A DNA stretch of 64,000 nucleotides from NCBI GenBank assembly GCA_041659525.1, contig JBAZYC010000001.1:205731-269730 (forward strand), in the 5' to 3' direction. The stretch comes from an archaeon (GTDB lineage: Archaea; Iainarchaeota; Iainarchaeia; Iainarchaeales; JAAZKV01). The position numbers were made by a program, and so were the translations under genes. Below are positions 51,424 to 60,853 of this stretch, piece by piece. Under the pieces are notes generated by a model. It was not told the DNA's origin. It saw only the letters and a list, made by a program, of their open reading frames with translations, and did not search any database. The number at the start of each line of letters is the position of its first letter. The first letter of the stretch is position 1.

Positions 51424-53196
51424 TTACTTTTTTTGCTTTTGAGTTAAAATAAATAGAACTGTGATTAAAAGAACTATAACCATTAACGGACTTGAATCAG
51501 GAATATTCATTTTCGCAGCAAACTTATTAAAAGACAAAAAAGTTTGTCTACTACAAACCACACAATTAGGTAAATAATTTGAAACATTACAAGTAGCTAA
51601 AAGAACCCTGGTTTTTTCAATTTCAATAGAAGAATCCAAATTAATTTGGGTAGTCGCCCCACTAGTTGTACAATCAATAACACTAGGGCTAATACTAATT
51701 GGCTCTAAAGTATTAGCAAACACTAAATTCAAATCAACTGAAGTATTACTAGAACACCTAGCATTTATGAAAACATTCCCATCTATGGCTTCTCCTGTGC
51801 AAGAAAGAATTGAATTCTTACCCCCTCCAGGACCAATTATTGAAGTACCCCCCCTTGTAGCTAAGCACCAAACAGGATCATTATTTTCATCTGCACAAAC
51901 CCAAGTAGAGGATTCACCAAAAATTGGATTTTTTGGCAAGGTTTGAAGAGGCCTACTATAAAGACAATAATCCCCTCTTGGGAAACTTTCGTTTGCAGAA
52001 TAATCTCCAGCAGCAGTTCCACAAAAACTATCACTTTTTTTTGCGATACAATGAGGAGTTGCTTTTCCGGAATCCCCTACACAAACCCAATCAGTAAATC
52101 CCCCTATTGGTGGGAAATTACTATCTGTTAAATTTGAATTTGGGTTTCCATATGCACAAAAAGTATCTGTGCCAAAAGAATTTTCATTTCTTAAGTAAGT
52201 TTTTGCTGCGCTACCGCAAACCCCATTCCCATCAAGCCTTTCTCCTTGACCTGCAAAGCAACCTGTTTCGCCACCATCTAATCCATTACAAGTCCAATTC
52301 ACAGAATTCCCAGGAGCAGGAAATCCAATAATTGCGGGACTGGGTGTTCCAATATTACAAAAAGTATCAAATCCAAATCCAAATGAACCAAATGGATAAA
52401 CTTTATTTGCCGAGCCACACTCAGTGAGACAGTTAGGGTGATTTGTTCCCACAAATTCTGTTGTAGTTATAATAGTATTATTACAATCACAAGGACAATT
52501 ATAATCCCCATTTTGAACATACCAATATCCATTTCCACAAAGACCTGTATAAGTCTGTTTATTAAAATATCCATTTCCACAACCACAATTCATAGAATCA
52601 GGAATAATTATGTCAGGAGTACAAACCCCTTCCCAACTAGTGCAGTTCCACTCTCCTCCGCATTCATATTCTACTGTTTCACAAACATTTTCACAAAACT
52701 CAAAAGGTGCACTAAGACACCCATTTCCAGCGTCATAATAACAATTAGTTTCGTCATCATCTGCAAAATTTTCTCCTAAACCTTCACAATAATCAACTTG
52801 ATCATTAAAACTTGGATCCCCAAGTGGCTCACAAATCTCTTCAGTCCAACACTCAGTAGTGCATATTTCTTCAGTACAATAATCAGGAACCCATTCTCCT
52901 TCAACACATTCAATAGTACACACCCCATAAATAGTCACTCCATTTCCACATGGGCAAACAGTAGTTTCAGGAACCCAAGTATTTACATCATAAGAACAAT
53001 TATTTGTATCAGGAACCCATACCGCATTATTATCACATTTACAAGTAGGGGCTTTTTCTACGCAATCATTTGTAATAGTAGTTTTCCAAAGATTAGTATC
53101 CTTGCAAAAATAATCATCAACAGCATAAGTAAATGATAATCCTAAAGTTAAAACTAATAAGAAAATAAAATAATTCAATATTTTTTTTTCATTCAC
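51424..53196 (-). CDS. Cys-rich secreted protein with C-terminal TM anchor, 590 aa
   Basis: GTG start. Signal peptide ILNYFIFLLVLTLGLSFTYAV. There are dozens of Cys in the N-terminal half (..CPCGNGVTIYGVCTIECVEGEWVPDYCTEEICTTECWTEEIC..), followed by three ~55-aa repeats. The C-terminus is ..NIPDSSPLMVIVLLITVLFILTQKQKK. Confidence 0.8.
   Translation of the reverse strand: MNEKKILNYFIFLLVLTLGLSFTYAVDDYFCKDTNLWKTTITNDCVEKAPTCKCDNNAVWVPDTNNCSYDVNTWVPETTVCPCGNGVTIYGVCTIECVEGEWVPDYCTEEICTTECWTEEICEPLGDPSFNDQVDYCEGLGENFADDDETNCYYDAGNGCLSAPFEFCENVCETVEYECGGEWNCTSWEGVCTPDIIIPDSMNCGCGNGYFNKQTYTGLCGNGYWYVQNGDYNCPCDCNNTIITTTEFVGTNHPNCLTECGSANKVYPFGSFGFGFDTFCNIGTPSPAIIGFPAPGNSVNWTCNGLDGGETGCFAGQGERLDGNGVCGSAAKTYLRNENSFGTDTFCAYGNPNSNLTDSNFPPIGGFTDWVCVGDSGKATPHCIAKKSDSFCGTAAGDYSANESFPRGDYCLYSRPLQTLPKNPIFGESSTWVCADENNDPVWCLATRGGTSIIGPGGGKNSILSCTGEAIDGNVFINARCSSNTSVDLNLVFANTLEPISISPSVIDCTTSGATTQINLDSSIEIEKTRVLLATCNVSNYLPNCVVCSRQTFLSFNKFAAKMNIPDSSPLMVIVLLITVLFILTQKQKK
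51859..52419 (-). repeat. Three tandem ~55-aa four-Cys modules (protein-level)
   Basis: The three modules are CGSANKVYPFGSFGFGFDTFCNIGTPSP..GNSVNWTCNGLDGGETGCFA, CGSAAKTYLRNENSFGTDTFCAYGNPNS..GGFTDWVCVGDSGKATPHCIA and CGTAAGDYSANESFPRGDYCLYSRPLQ..GESSTWVCADENNDPVWCLA. The pattern is CG[ST]A-x(n)-[FY]C-x(n)-W-x-C-x(n)-C-x-A. Confidence 0.8.
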
Positions 53197-53292
53197 TAAT
53201 AAATCCCTTCAAAAATAAAAATTCTTCAACTAATCAATTTTTTTAAAAAATTTACTTAATTATAAAGTATCTTCTATTATATTTAATCCTAT

Positions 53293-56200
53293 CTAACAAC
53301 TATTAATTCCGCTTGAATCTATTTCTGCTTGTATTTTCTCTAAGTAATCTGGGTTCCACCACACTGTTAATTTGTTAGCAGAGTTTTGAGACATACACAT
53401 TTGTTTGTTCGAAATTCTGTCAAAAATTCCTTTTAGGGTAGTATAATCTTGTATTCCCTGGTCATCAAAGTACTTAAGTATTAATTTTACATTTTGTATT
53501 GAGGTTAGTGAAGGAACTTTTTTAGAAGTATTTAGTTTAACTGAATTTAATTGAGTTGTTTCAACCATTGTTATTCCTGATGATTTAACTGGGGGGTTAA
53601 AGAAAGTGGTTACAAGTTCTAAAGTTCCTTTCTTTTGTCCGTTAGGCCAACTTATTACTCTTTTTCCATTTATCTGTTGGTCAGTAAAGAATACTTTTTT
53701 GTTTCCTTCAAAGTCTAAGCAACCATTCTTTAAAATTGTAGAAGAAAGTAGAGTCCATTTCTTTTGCATTGTAGCAGGTACCCCAAATCCACTCATTAAA
53801 TATTCTGCATTAACTGCTCCGCCATTACTAGTAATTGTCATAAGAACAGGAGTAGGTTGTGAAGGATAGAAATTCATTTGTTTGGTATTATTATCGTAAG
53901 CAAGAACTATTTGCTTATCTAGTTCTGATAAAGAATTTGTAGTTAATAAATTAATATTTGTAAGAGGATTTCCTTGGTAAGTGGTGATTGTTGGACCGTC
54001 TTGGTATAATTGTAAACTTTGATTTTGATTTACACTCGCCCCATAACCATCTCTAATCAAGGTCCCACCATTTTTTCCAACCTCTCCATCGAAAGGAGTT
54101 TCATAAAATGGATTGTAATCTTTTGCTTCGTTTACAAGTCCAACTGTCACAGTGACATTCGCGTTTGGAGTATTATCATCAAGTAATCTATTAACATTTT
54201 CATTTATATAATTCAAATCAATTTCTACTCTATATAGTCCACCCTTTGAAAGATTAGATCGGTTTTCTACAACTCCATCTGTTTTTATTTTGAAATTCAG
54301 CATATTTTGCGAGATAAATTGATCGTACCCTTTAGAGTTTTCAGTTGAATTAAAAATTATTCCAGTGAATGGAACTGATGAATAGTAAGTATCAAAGTCA
54401 CTAAGGAATGCAGAATTATAATTATCTTTTACTAAGTAAGCATAGAACCCAGTTAGTTTAGGAATTTCTGCCTCTTTATTTCCGCCCAAAATTTTCAAAT
54501 CATTTATTTTTGCAAGTCTCTTAAACAAACTTAATGTGAATTGAGTAGCATCACAGTAGGTATAATTAGGGTTTAGTGAATCACATTGATCATAAGTAAT
54601 AATTGAAGGGCTCCAATTAAACAATAATCTTGGAACAAATTCAGGTCCAGTAAATCCTGGAGTTCCGTCAGTTGAGTAACAATTTGTAGGGTTTCCAATT
54701 AACTTTACTTGGAAAATCTTTTCTTGTTTTTCAGTATTATTAATCCAATCTTTAACTGTAATTATTGCGTATTGTTCGCCTAACAAATTAACTCTTGTAA
54801 TTACTACATTGATATCAGGACTAGCTACAGTTGGTTTTCCAATGTATTCAGCGTAAACGTGTCCGTTTTTCAAAAACATTCTTGTTTCATCAGGAATATT
54901 ACTTAATTCATATTTTATTCTTCCAGAAGCATCATATTCTATTAGAGAACTATTTTCATCCCATCTTGATGCAAACATTTTTGGATTTCCTTCGTTTGCA
55001 TCAGGGTTAATATAAAGTTCTGGTGCAACAAATCCTATTCCTTGTATCCCTAGTGTTTCTACTCCCCCAGGCAGCCCTGCAATTTCATCTTCTCTCATCC
55101 ATTGGGGAGTAGGAGAGGCTTCGTATCTTCCAAGATCATAAACTTTTCCCTCTACAGGAATAAGGTTAACATCTTTTTCCCAAACTTTGTTTTGTATTTT
55201 TGCGTAAGAAATATTTCTATACATTTCTGGTTGTAGGGTAATTGATGAAGTCGCACAGCATCTGAACCAATTAAATATCTTGCAACTCTTCTTCCATCCT
55301 TTTGTGTGCACAATGAAATCTATTCCGCTTTCACTAGGCGTAATTCCTTCTAAGTCAGCATTTCTGTTTGATGAAATTATTTCTACTTTTCCAAGCCCTT
55401 GTTCATCTACTCCAGCTACACAATAATCAGGATTTTGCGAATCAACACAAACATTAAATTCAGGAGGGATCGGTGCAGTAATAACTGGAAGAGTATAAGC
55501 TTTGTCATAACAATGTTGAACTGTTGCTTCAGCTATCCCGAAGAATTCCCCATATCCATAAGAGCCACATGAGTTTGAAACCTCTTCAAGTTCTGAACAA
55601 ATATTTACGTTTGTGTTTTCATCAGTTGATGATTCCCAATCAGTACCAATTGGTAAATTTTCATCAATAGTAGATAAACTTCCATCAGCATTATGCAAAA
55701 CCCAATTTCGATCATAATAAGTTCCATCAGAATTATAACAAAATCCAGTACTAGAATTATAATTCATATCAATAGCTTCGCAATCAGTAATATAATTTGC
55801 ATCGGAAGAAACTACTCCTGGTTCTTCTGCAAAGTGGATTATTGTTTCTTTTTGCACTGCTTCAAGTCCTGCACCAGTAGTTGCCTGTGCTCCCCAGGAA
55901 ATGTTATCTCCATTTATTTCTGAAACAATTTTGTTTTGAATTGCAATTGGGAGTGAGTAAAAAGGGATTGCGGGATTTGTTGTATCTAAATCAGGTTCTG
56001 GTTTTTCAGTTGCATCTGTGTCTGTTAAATTATCAATTATTGAATTACAAATATCTGTTGCCTCATCAGAAAAATAAAGATCATCTCTTTCGCTTATCGC
56101 TCCAGTTGAACAAGAAGGACATTTGCTTCTTTGAGATATTTTCATCCCCCAACCATAACAGTATACTATTGCTTCTATTGCTGAACCCACTACTTTTGGC

Positions 56201-59200
56201 CGTAGGTTTATTACTTCAGGAGTACCTGGTTTGTTATAAGAAAGAGAAACAGTATTTGTCCCAATATCCAATTGAGGGTAATAATTATCTTTTCTTCCAC
56301 TGAACGCATTATTTTTTATAATTGCATTTATTTGTTCAGTGCTTCTAAAATCAAATATGTATTGCGAGAATTCAAATGGATTAGTAGGGTCAGTTACTAT
56401 TGCATCAAAGAACCAATTCTGTCTTACTGAACTTGTAGAAAGTGCTTCTATTTTTACAGGGTAAGCTCCAAGCATTCCCCCTCTTGTTTGAACTGTATTA
56501 TGAGCAAGTAAAGGGATTGTTTTTGTTTCCCCTTGCTTAATTACAAATCTCAAATACGGGGAAGCATCTAAATCAGTTAAAACCCCTACTAAAATATCCT
56601 CTCCAGAACAATAATTATTATCAGTAGAATATTCTACTTCAAAATATTTGTTCGTTGCATTAACATCTATATTTATTACTGGATTAATAGTGCCAAAAAT
56701 ATCGACTCCATTAATTTTTACTTTTAAGCAAGGGGGGATTTCTGAAGCCTGTTCAGGGAACGGATCTGAAACAATTATTTCCAAGTGTGCAGGATTAGAA
56801 TTATTTTCATCAGTTGCTTCAAAAATTAATTTTGTTCCAGCAGGAATATTAGAAGCATCAAAGCTTACTATATCTACCCCATTTCCATCAGTGGTTCCGC
56901 TTTGAAATGCCATCGCATCCCCTTCTTTTTTCACTGACCAATTAGCTTTAACCCCAGTTCTTGAAATCATTGTTTTTACTAAAAACATTGGGTAAACCGC
57001 ATTTTGATAAATAGTGTTCTGTACACTTGTCGCCATAATAAGAATATTCAAGTCACTCTTGTTTCGAACATCAATTCTAACAAAATCTGTTCTTCCAGGA
57101 TAATCAGCTAACGCATCATTTAATCCGCTTTTTTTCTCAACTCTTTCAAATATTTTTGCCCCTACTGCTGCTTTGATTAAACTTAGAGGAAATTCTTTTA
57201 CTCCGCTATTAGCTATTGGATTAAGTATAATTTGTTGTGAAGTTAGATTCGCATCAGCCCCATTTACTTTGAATAATATTGGAGCATCCGTTCCACTCTT
57301 TTCAAGTGAAAGTGCAAGAGTTGCCTCTCCAACTGCTTTATCAGTGTTATTTGCTACAATGGTCTTTAGAGTATAACTATCCCCTATTTGTACTTTAGTT
57401 ACATTTTGTCCAGCTACTAATTCTATTGGATTAACTCCATTAGCAGGAGCTACTCCGGTTTTTGTCCAAATTAAATAATTAGAAAACAAAAATGAAGGAC
57501 AATCATCCCCTAAGCAAAATGTTTGTCCAATAGTAAACTCTTTTGAGTTCTTCAGAACTGGTTGTAAATTATTAAAACTAGGTTCAAAATAAATCCCCGC
57601 TAACCCTTTAGCATTAATGTCAACAGCTATTTCCAAAATAATTGGAATTACTTTAGGGCCGGTTTGATTAGCAATAATCACATTTGCTTGTTTAGCATTT
57701 TCTACCTCTTCATCTACGTCAATTGAAAAGTTTTTGTTTGTAGCAGATTTTTTTACTAGTGCTCCATCTACAGAGTAAGCTTTTGTAATTGTAATAGGAG
57801 TATTATTATCTAGAGTGTTTTTGTCTTTTGGACCTACATAAAAGTTTGCAGTAGCATCCCCAGCCCCACTATTATTTAAAATTAAATCAAATGCAAAATA
57901 ATATTTACTCCCAGCAATTAATTTTCGGGATTCATTTTCAGTTGCAATTAATGGGTTTGTATCATAAACCTGTCTTAGGATTAATTGAACATTATTATCA
58001 TTTGGAAGAGAGGATTGCGAATATAAGAAAACATTTTTTTCTTGAGTAGTTCTTTTTACCGTGTAAACTGGAGTTTCATAAGACAAATAATTTTCATCAT
58101 TAATAATTATTTTTACTTCATTCCCAGCTTTGAGTTTTGTTAATTGTTTAGTAATGTATTTTCCATTAATTGCTCTTACCGCTTCTATTCCATCAAAGCT
58201 TCCTGAAGAATTTTTCAAGTAAAGCATTCCGGCAGGATTTACTTTTCCCACACTATCAAAAAAGTTGAAAGTAATTGTCCCTCTTCCTGTTACTAAAACT
58301 AATGTTACGTTTTTGTCCGAGCTACCAACTGAAATTCCAGTTAATGTTCCTTCATCAGTATCTGTTTTTGCAGTTAACGAATAAGTTCCACTGGGAACTC
58401 CATAGTAAGTAGTTATTCCATTTCCATCAGTAGGAAGAGCTTTGTCAAAATATCCTTTGAATGAATTATTGTACAAAGTTGTAGAAATATTTTTTTGAAT
58501 AACGTTTTGATCATCAACAACTTTTACAATTAATTTTACTCCTCCTTGAGTCATTTGAACTATTTGCGGCCCTTCACTCATTGTTTTTAGCGTAATTGGA
58601 ACTATTTGTGTTTTGTAACCATTTGATTTTATTATAGCAGTAAAAGTTTTTCCATTAATATCAATCATTGGAATTGGACCCATTGTCCCATCCATTTTTC
58701 CAGTTAAGGGAAAAAGATAATTAGTATCATTTCCTTTTGTAAAAAATATATTTGCATTAGCAAGTATTACAGGAGAATTTTTATCCATTAATTTTAGATA
58801 AACATTTTTTGTTGTGTCTAAATTTATTTGTCGATTTACATCTGCAGTTAATCCTTCAAAATAAATATTTACATCTCTTGTTTGTTTACCCATTACTTCA
58901 AAAGTTCCGTTCGCAGATAGTCCTTTTACCATTGCTGAGTAAGAATAAGTTCCTTCAGTAAGTTCTCTTGTTATTCCCCCACTAGAAAGAGTAATTAGTG
59001 TTTCACTTCTATCAAAATCATCTGTTATTGTTATTACAGCTCCAACTTGCGGACCTATCGGACTATTAGCAGTAATTATTACGGTCCCTTTTACTAAACT
59101 GCTTTCAAGCACAATTGTTTTAGTTGTTTCTTCTCTTCCAAGCGTAATTGTATTCTCAATATAATCTTGTGCAGTTGCTTTTAGTTGAACACTTGTACAA

Positions 59201-59826
59201 GAAGATAATACACTAAAAGAAAATCCCGCGTTTGGTTGAGTATTGTTTGATTGAAGTGTTTTTACTTGTTGTTTGTTTGAATCATTCCCATTAACACAGA
59301 TATATTCTAATTTCGCGGTTGAAATAATTTGCCCAATTTCGTTTTGTACTCTCACTTGGACATTTTTTTGAGGAACAGGCATTGCAGTTAAACTAACTTT
59401 TTGTGCTTTTTCTTCTGTAAAATCAATTATCTTTGAGAACTGCATATAATTTTCTTTATCAATTGTCACTTCAACTAATTCAGAACAAGAAACAAACTTG
59501 GCTTTTCCTTCTGCGTTTGTGGTAACACTTAGTTCTTGGTCATCCCCTTTGGCACAAGTAACAATTAAATTTACTATTGCTCCATCAACTGGATTCTTAC
59601 TTGGACTTAACACAGTTAATTCAACATCATATTGCGGATTAACTCCTAAAAAGGTAAATCCTAGAACCGCTATTAGTAATACTAATAGTAATACTAAGAA
59701 AAGAGCAAAACTTGGAACTACTTCATCAATTTTGTCAGTAATTTTTAGGATTGGAACAAAATTATTTACCCATTCAAGTGAATCATACCACTTATCTTCA
59801 AGAGTAGAATATAGCCCCACAACCAA
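53293..59826 (-). CDS. Giant membrane-anchored surface protein, paralog C (GP-C), ~2175-2177 aa
   Basis: The start is TTG 59826 or GTG 59820; there is no ATG. The N-terminus MVVGLYSTLEDKWYDSLEWVNNFVPILKITDKIDEVVPSFALFLVLLLVLLIAVLGF has the EDKWY motif plus a TM helix. An array of beta-sandwich units follows (NPVDGAIVNLIV..NAEGKAKF; PQVGAVITITDD..). Distal blocks: LLFNWSPSIITYDQCDSLNPNYTYCDATQFTLSLFKRL, YNPFYETPFDGEVGKNGG and the C-terminal QMCMSQNSANKLTVWWNPDY. Confidence 0.9.
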   Translation of the reverse strand: MVVGLYSTLEDKWYDSLEWVNNFVPILKITDKIDEVVPSFALFLVLLLVLLIAVLGFTFLGVNPQYDVELTVLSPSKNPVDGAIVNLIVTCAKGDDQELSVTTNAEGKAKFVSCSELVEVTIDKENYMQFSKIIDFTEEKAQKVSLTAMPVPQKNVQVRVQNEIGQIISTAKLEYICVNGNDSNKQQVKTLQSNNTQPNAGFSFSVLSSCTSVQLKATAQDYIENTITLGREETTKTIVLESSLVKGTVIITANSPIGPQVGAVITITDDFDRSETLITLSSGGITRELTEGTYSYSAMVKGLSANGTFEVMGKQTRDVNIYFEGLTADVNRQINLDTTKNVYLKLMDKNSPVILANANIFFTKGNDTNYLFPLTGKMDGTMGPIPMIDINGKTFTAIIKSNGYKTQIVPITLKTMSEGPQIVQMTQGGVKLIVKVVDDQNVIQKNISTTLYNNSFKGYFDKALPTDGNGITTYYGVPSGTYSLTAKTDTDEGTLTGISVGSSDKNVTLVLVTGRGTITFNFFDSVGKVNPAGMLYLKNSSGSFDGIEAVRAINGKYITKQLTKLKAGNEVKIIINDENYLSYETPVYTVKRTTQEKNVFLYSQSSLPNDNNVQLILRQVYDTNPLIATENESRKLIAGSKYYFAFDLILNNSGAGDATANFYVGPKDKNTLDNNTPITITKAYSVDGALVKKSATNKNFSIDVDEEVENAKQANVIIANQTGPKVIPIILEIAVDINAKGLAGIYFEPSFNNLQPVLKNSKEFTIGQTFCLGDDCPSFLFSNYLIWTKTGVAPANGVNPIELVAGQNVTKVQIGDSYTLKTIVANNTDKAVGEATLALSLEKSGTDAPILFKVNGADANLTSQQIILNPIANSGVKEFPLSLIKAAVGAKIFERVEKKSGLNDALADYPGRTDFVRIDVRNKSDLNILIMATSVQNTIYQNAVYPMFLVKTMISRTGVKANWSVKKEGDAMAFQSGTTDGNGVDIVSFDASNIPAGTKLIFEATDENNSNPAHLEIIVSDPFPEQASEIPPCLKVKINGVDIFGTINPVINIDVNATNKYFEVEYSTDNNYCSGEDILVGVLTDLDASPYLRFVIKQGETKTIPLLAHNTVQTRGGMLGAYPVKIEALSTSSVRQNWFFDAIVTDPTNPFEFSQYIFDFRSTEQINAIIKNNAFSGRKDNYYPQLDIGTNTVSLSYNKPGTPEVINLRPKVVGSAIEAIVYCYGWGMKISQRSKCPSCSTGAISERDDLYFSDEATDICNSIIDNLTDTDATEKPEPDLDTTNPAIPFYSLPIAIQNKIVSEINGDNISWGAQATTGAGLEAVQKETIIHFAEEPGVVSSDANYITDCEAIDMNYNSSTGFCYNSDGTYYDRNWVLHNADGSLSTIDENLPIGTDWESSTDENTNVNICSELEEVSNSCGSYGYGEFFGIAEATVQHCYDKAYTLPVITAPIPPEFNVCVDSQNPDYCVAGVDEQGLGKVEIISSNRNADLEGITPSESGIDFIVHTKGWKKSCKIFNWFRCCATSSITLQPEMYRNISYAKIQNKVWEKDVNLIPVEGKVYDLGRYEASPTPQWMREDEIAGLPGGVETLGIQGIGFVAPELYINPDANEGNPKMFASRWDENSSLIEYDASGRIKYELSNIPDETRMFLKNGHVYAEYIGKPTVASPDINVVITRVNLLGEQYAIITVKDWINNTEKQEKIFQVKLIGNPTNCYSTDGTPGFTGPEFVPRLLFNWSPSIITYDQCDSLNPNYTYCDATQFTLSLFKRLAKINDLKILGGNKEAEIPKLTGFYAYLVKDNYNSAFLSDFDTYYSSVPFTGIIFNSTENSKGYDQFISQNMLNFKIKTDGVVENRSNLSKGGLYRVEIDLNYINENVNRLLDDNTPNANVTVTVGLVNEAKDYNPFYETPFDGEVGKNGGTLIRDGYGASVNQNQSLQLYQDGPTITTYQGNPLTNINLLTTNSLSELDKQIVLAYDNNTKQMNFYPSQPTPVLMTITSNGGAVNAEYLMSGFGVPATMQKKWTLLSSTILKNGCLDFEGNKKVFFTDQQINGKRVISWPNGQKKGTLELVTTFFNPPVKSSGITMVETTQLNSVKLNTSKKVPSLTSIQNVKLILKYFDDQGIQDYTTLKGIFDRISNKQMCMSQNSANKLTVWWNPDYLEKIQAEIDSSGINSC

Positions 59827-60016
59827 TCACACAAAAGTCTAGTAATAATTAGTCATTTTTATTTAATAAACCTTGCTGTAAAGGCTTAGAAAAAATAAAC
59901 TAAAGAAATTGCTTAATATATTCAAAAATTAGAATTAAAAATTTTAAGAATTATTTTTTAATAATTAAATTAATTAATTTTCTTACCCATAATCAATTAA
60001 TTTGTTTTCTAAAAAG

Positions 60017-60184
60017 TTACTTTTTAGTAATTAAGTATACTCCAATTGCCACTAGTGCAAAAGCTAAGAGAGTACAAACTTTGGCGTCAAAGAGTTGAAA
60101 ATCAAGCATTTCAAGCCCTGACATTAAGAAAAATGCTGCAGCTATTAGGACAACTATCCCTAATTGTGAGTCTTTTTCAGTCAT
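60017..60184 (-). CDS. Small two-TM membrane protein, 55 aa (below the ORF-track cut-off)
   Basis: Hand translation: MTEKDSQLGIVVLIAAAFFLMSGLEMLDFQLFDAKVCTLLAFALVAIGVYLITKK*. AAGGTG lies 7 nt upstream of the ATG. It is antisense to the weaker track ORF 60046..60303. Confidence 0.45.
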   Translation of the reverse strand: MTEKDSQLGIVVLIAAAFFLMSGLEMLDFQLFDAKVCTLLAFALVAIGVYLITKK

Positions 60185-60420
60185 TTAGTACACCTTTTAC
60201 TAACATTAAATGCTCTTTTACTATTACTAATTATGCCCTAAAACCTATAAAAAGCTTTCTTTCACTGGAAAAAGTTATTTCTCTTCTCCGGCAGAACGCT
60301 TAGGATAGCTTTATAAGCATCTTCAAATAAAAATAAGTTATAAAGGCAGTAAACTTCAAGGGCTCTTTTTAAGAAAACTTGTTTTTTAGCTAGCTTTTTG
60401 TAAAATAAGGTGGAATAAAA

Positions 60421-60651
60421 ATGGATAATAATAGAAGATTCGGAAATAGTAGACCAAGCTTTGGCGGTCCAAGAGAAATGCATAAGGCAACATGCTCAGA
60501 TTGCGGAACTGAAACAGAAGTACCTTTCAAACCAATTGAAGGAAGACCTGTTTACTGCAGAGATTGTTACCAAAAGCACAAAACTGATAGACCAACAAGA
60601 GGCGGATTTAGAAACGACAGATCTAACGACTCTGAAGGATCAGAAGAATAA
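60421..60651 (+). CDS. CxxC-x17-CxxC zinc-ribbon domain protein, 76 aa
   Basis: MDNNRRFGNSRPSFGGPREMHKATCSDCGTETEVPFKPIEGRPVYCRDCYQKHK.. has two CxxC pairs 17 residues apart with the flanking PF.P...RPVYC..C pattern. Both tails are basic and disordered. AAGGTGG lies 7 nt upstream of the ATG. Confidence 0.75.
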   Translation: MDNNRRFGNSRPSFGGPREMHKATCSDCGTETEVPFKPIEGRPVYCRDCYQKHKTDRPTRGGFRNDRSNDSEGSEE

Positions 60652-60677
60652 AATTGATTGATATTTTATCAAAACTA

Positions 60678-60720
60678 AGAGGGCAGAAATGCCCTTCTAA
60701 TTCTTTTTTTTAATTTTTTT
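60678..60720 (+). terminator. Hairpin plus oligo-T tract downstream of the zinc-ribbon gene
   Basis: AGAGGGCA-GAAA-TGCCCTTCT forms a 6-bp perfect stem (longer if one bulge is allowed). It is followed by TAATTCTTTTTTTTAATTTTTTT. Archaeal termination typically uses oligo-T runs. Confidence 0.5.
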
Positions 60721-60853
60721 GCTTAAGAAAAGACTAAACTCTAATTACCCTTCGAATTAAGAAATTCTTTTTGTTTTAGAATTAAAAATTAAAAAAATAG
60801 AGTAATCTTTCCAAAGAAAGATTACTAAAAATCAATAGAATTCAACTCAAACT

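Noticed and set aside
46770-59842. Plus-strand ORFs inside GP-D, the 590-aa gene and GP-C (46770..46979, 47007..47255, 48908..49141, 49659..49916, 50949..51149, 51943..52131, 52107..52331, 52438..52779, 52798..53136, 53606..53869, 55693..55923, 55881..56303, 56648..56905, 57173..57376, 59498..59842)
   Set aside because: They are antisense shadows of giant or long minus-strand genes, with low-complexity translations.
60046-60661. ORFs 60046..60303 (+), 60262..60483 (-) and 60461..60661 (+)
   Set aside because: 60046..60303 is antisense to a 55-aa two-TM ORF that has a good SD. 60262..60483 overlaps the start region of the zinc-ribbon gene. 60461..60661 is an alternative frame of the clearly recognisable CxxC-x17-CxxC gene.
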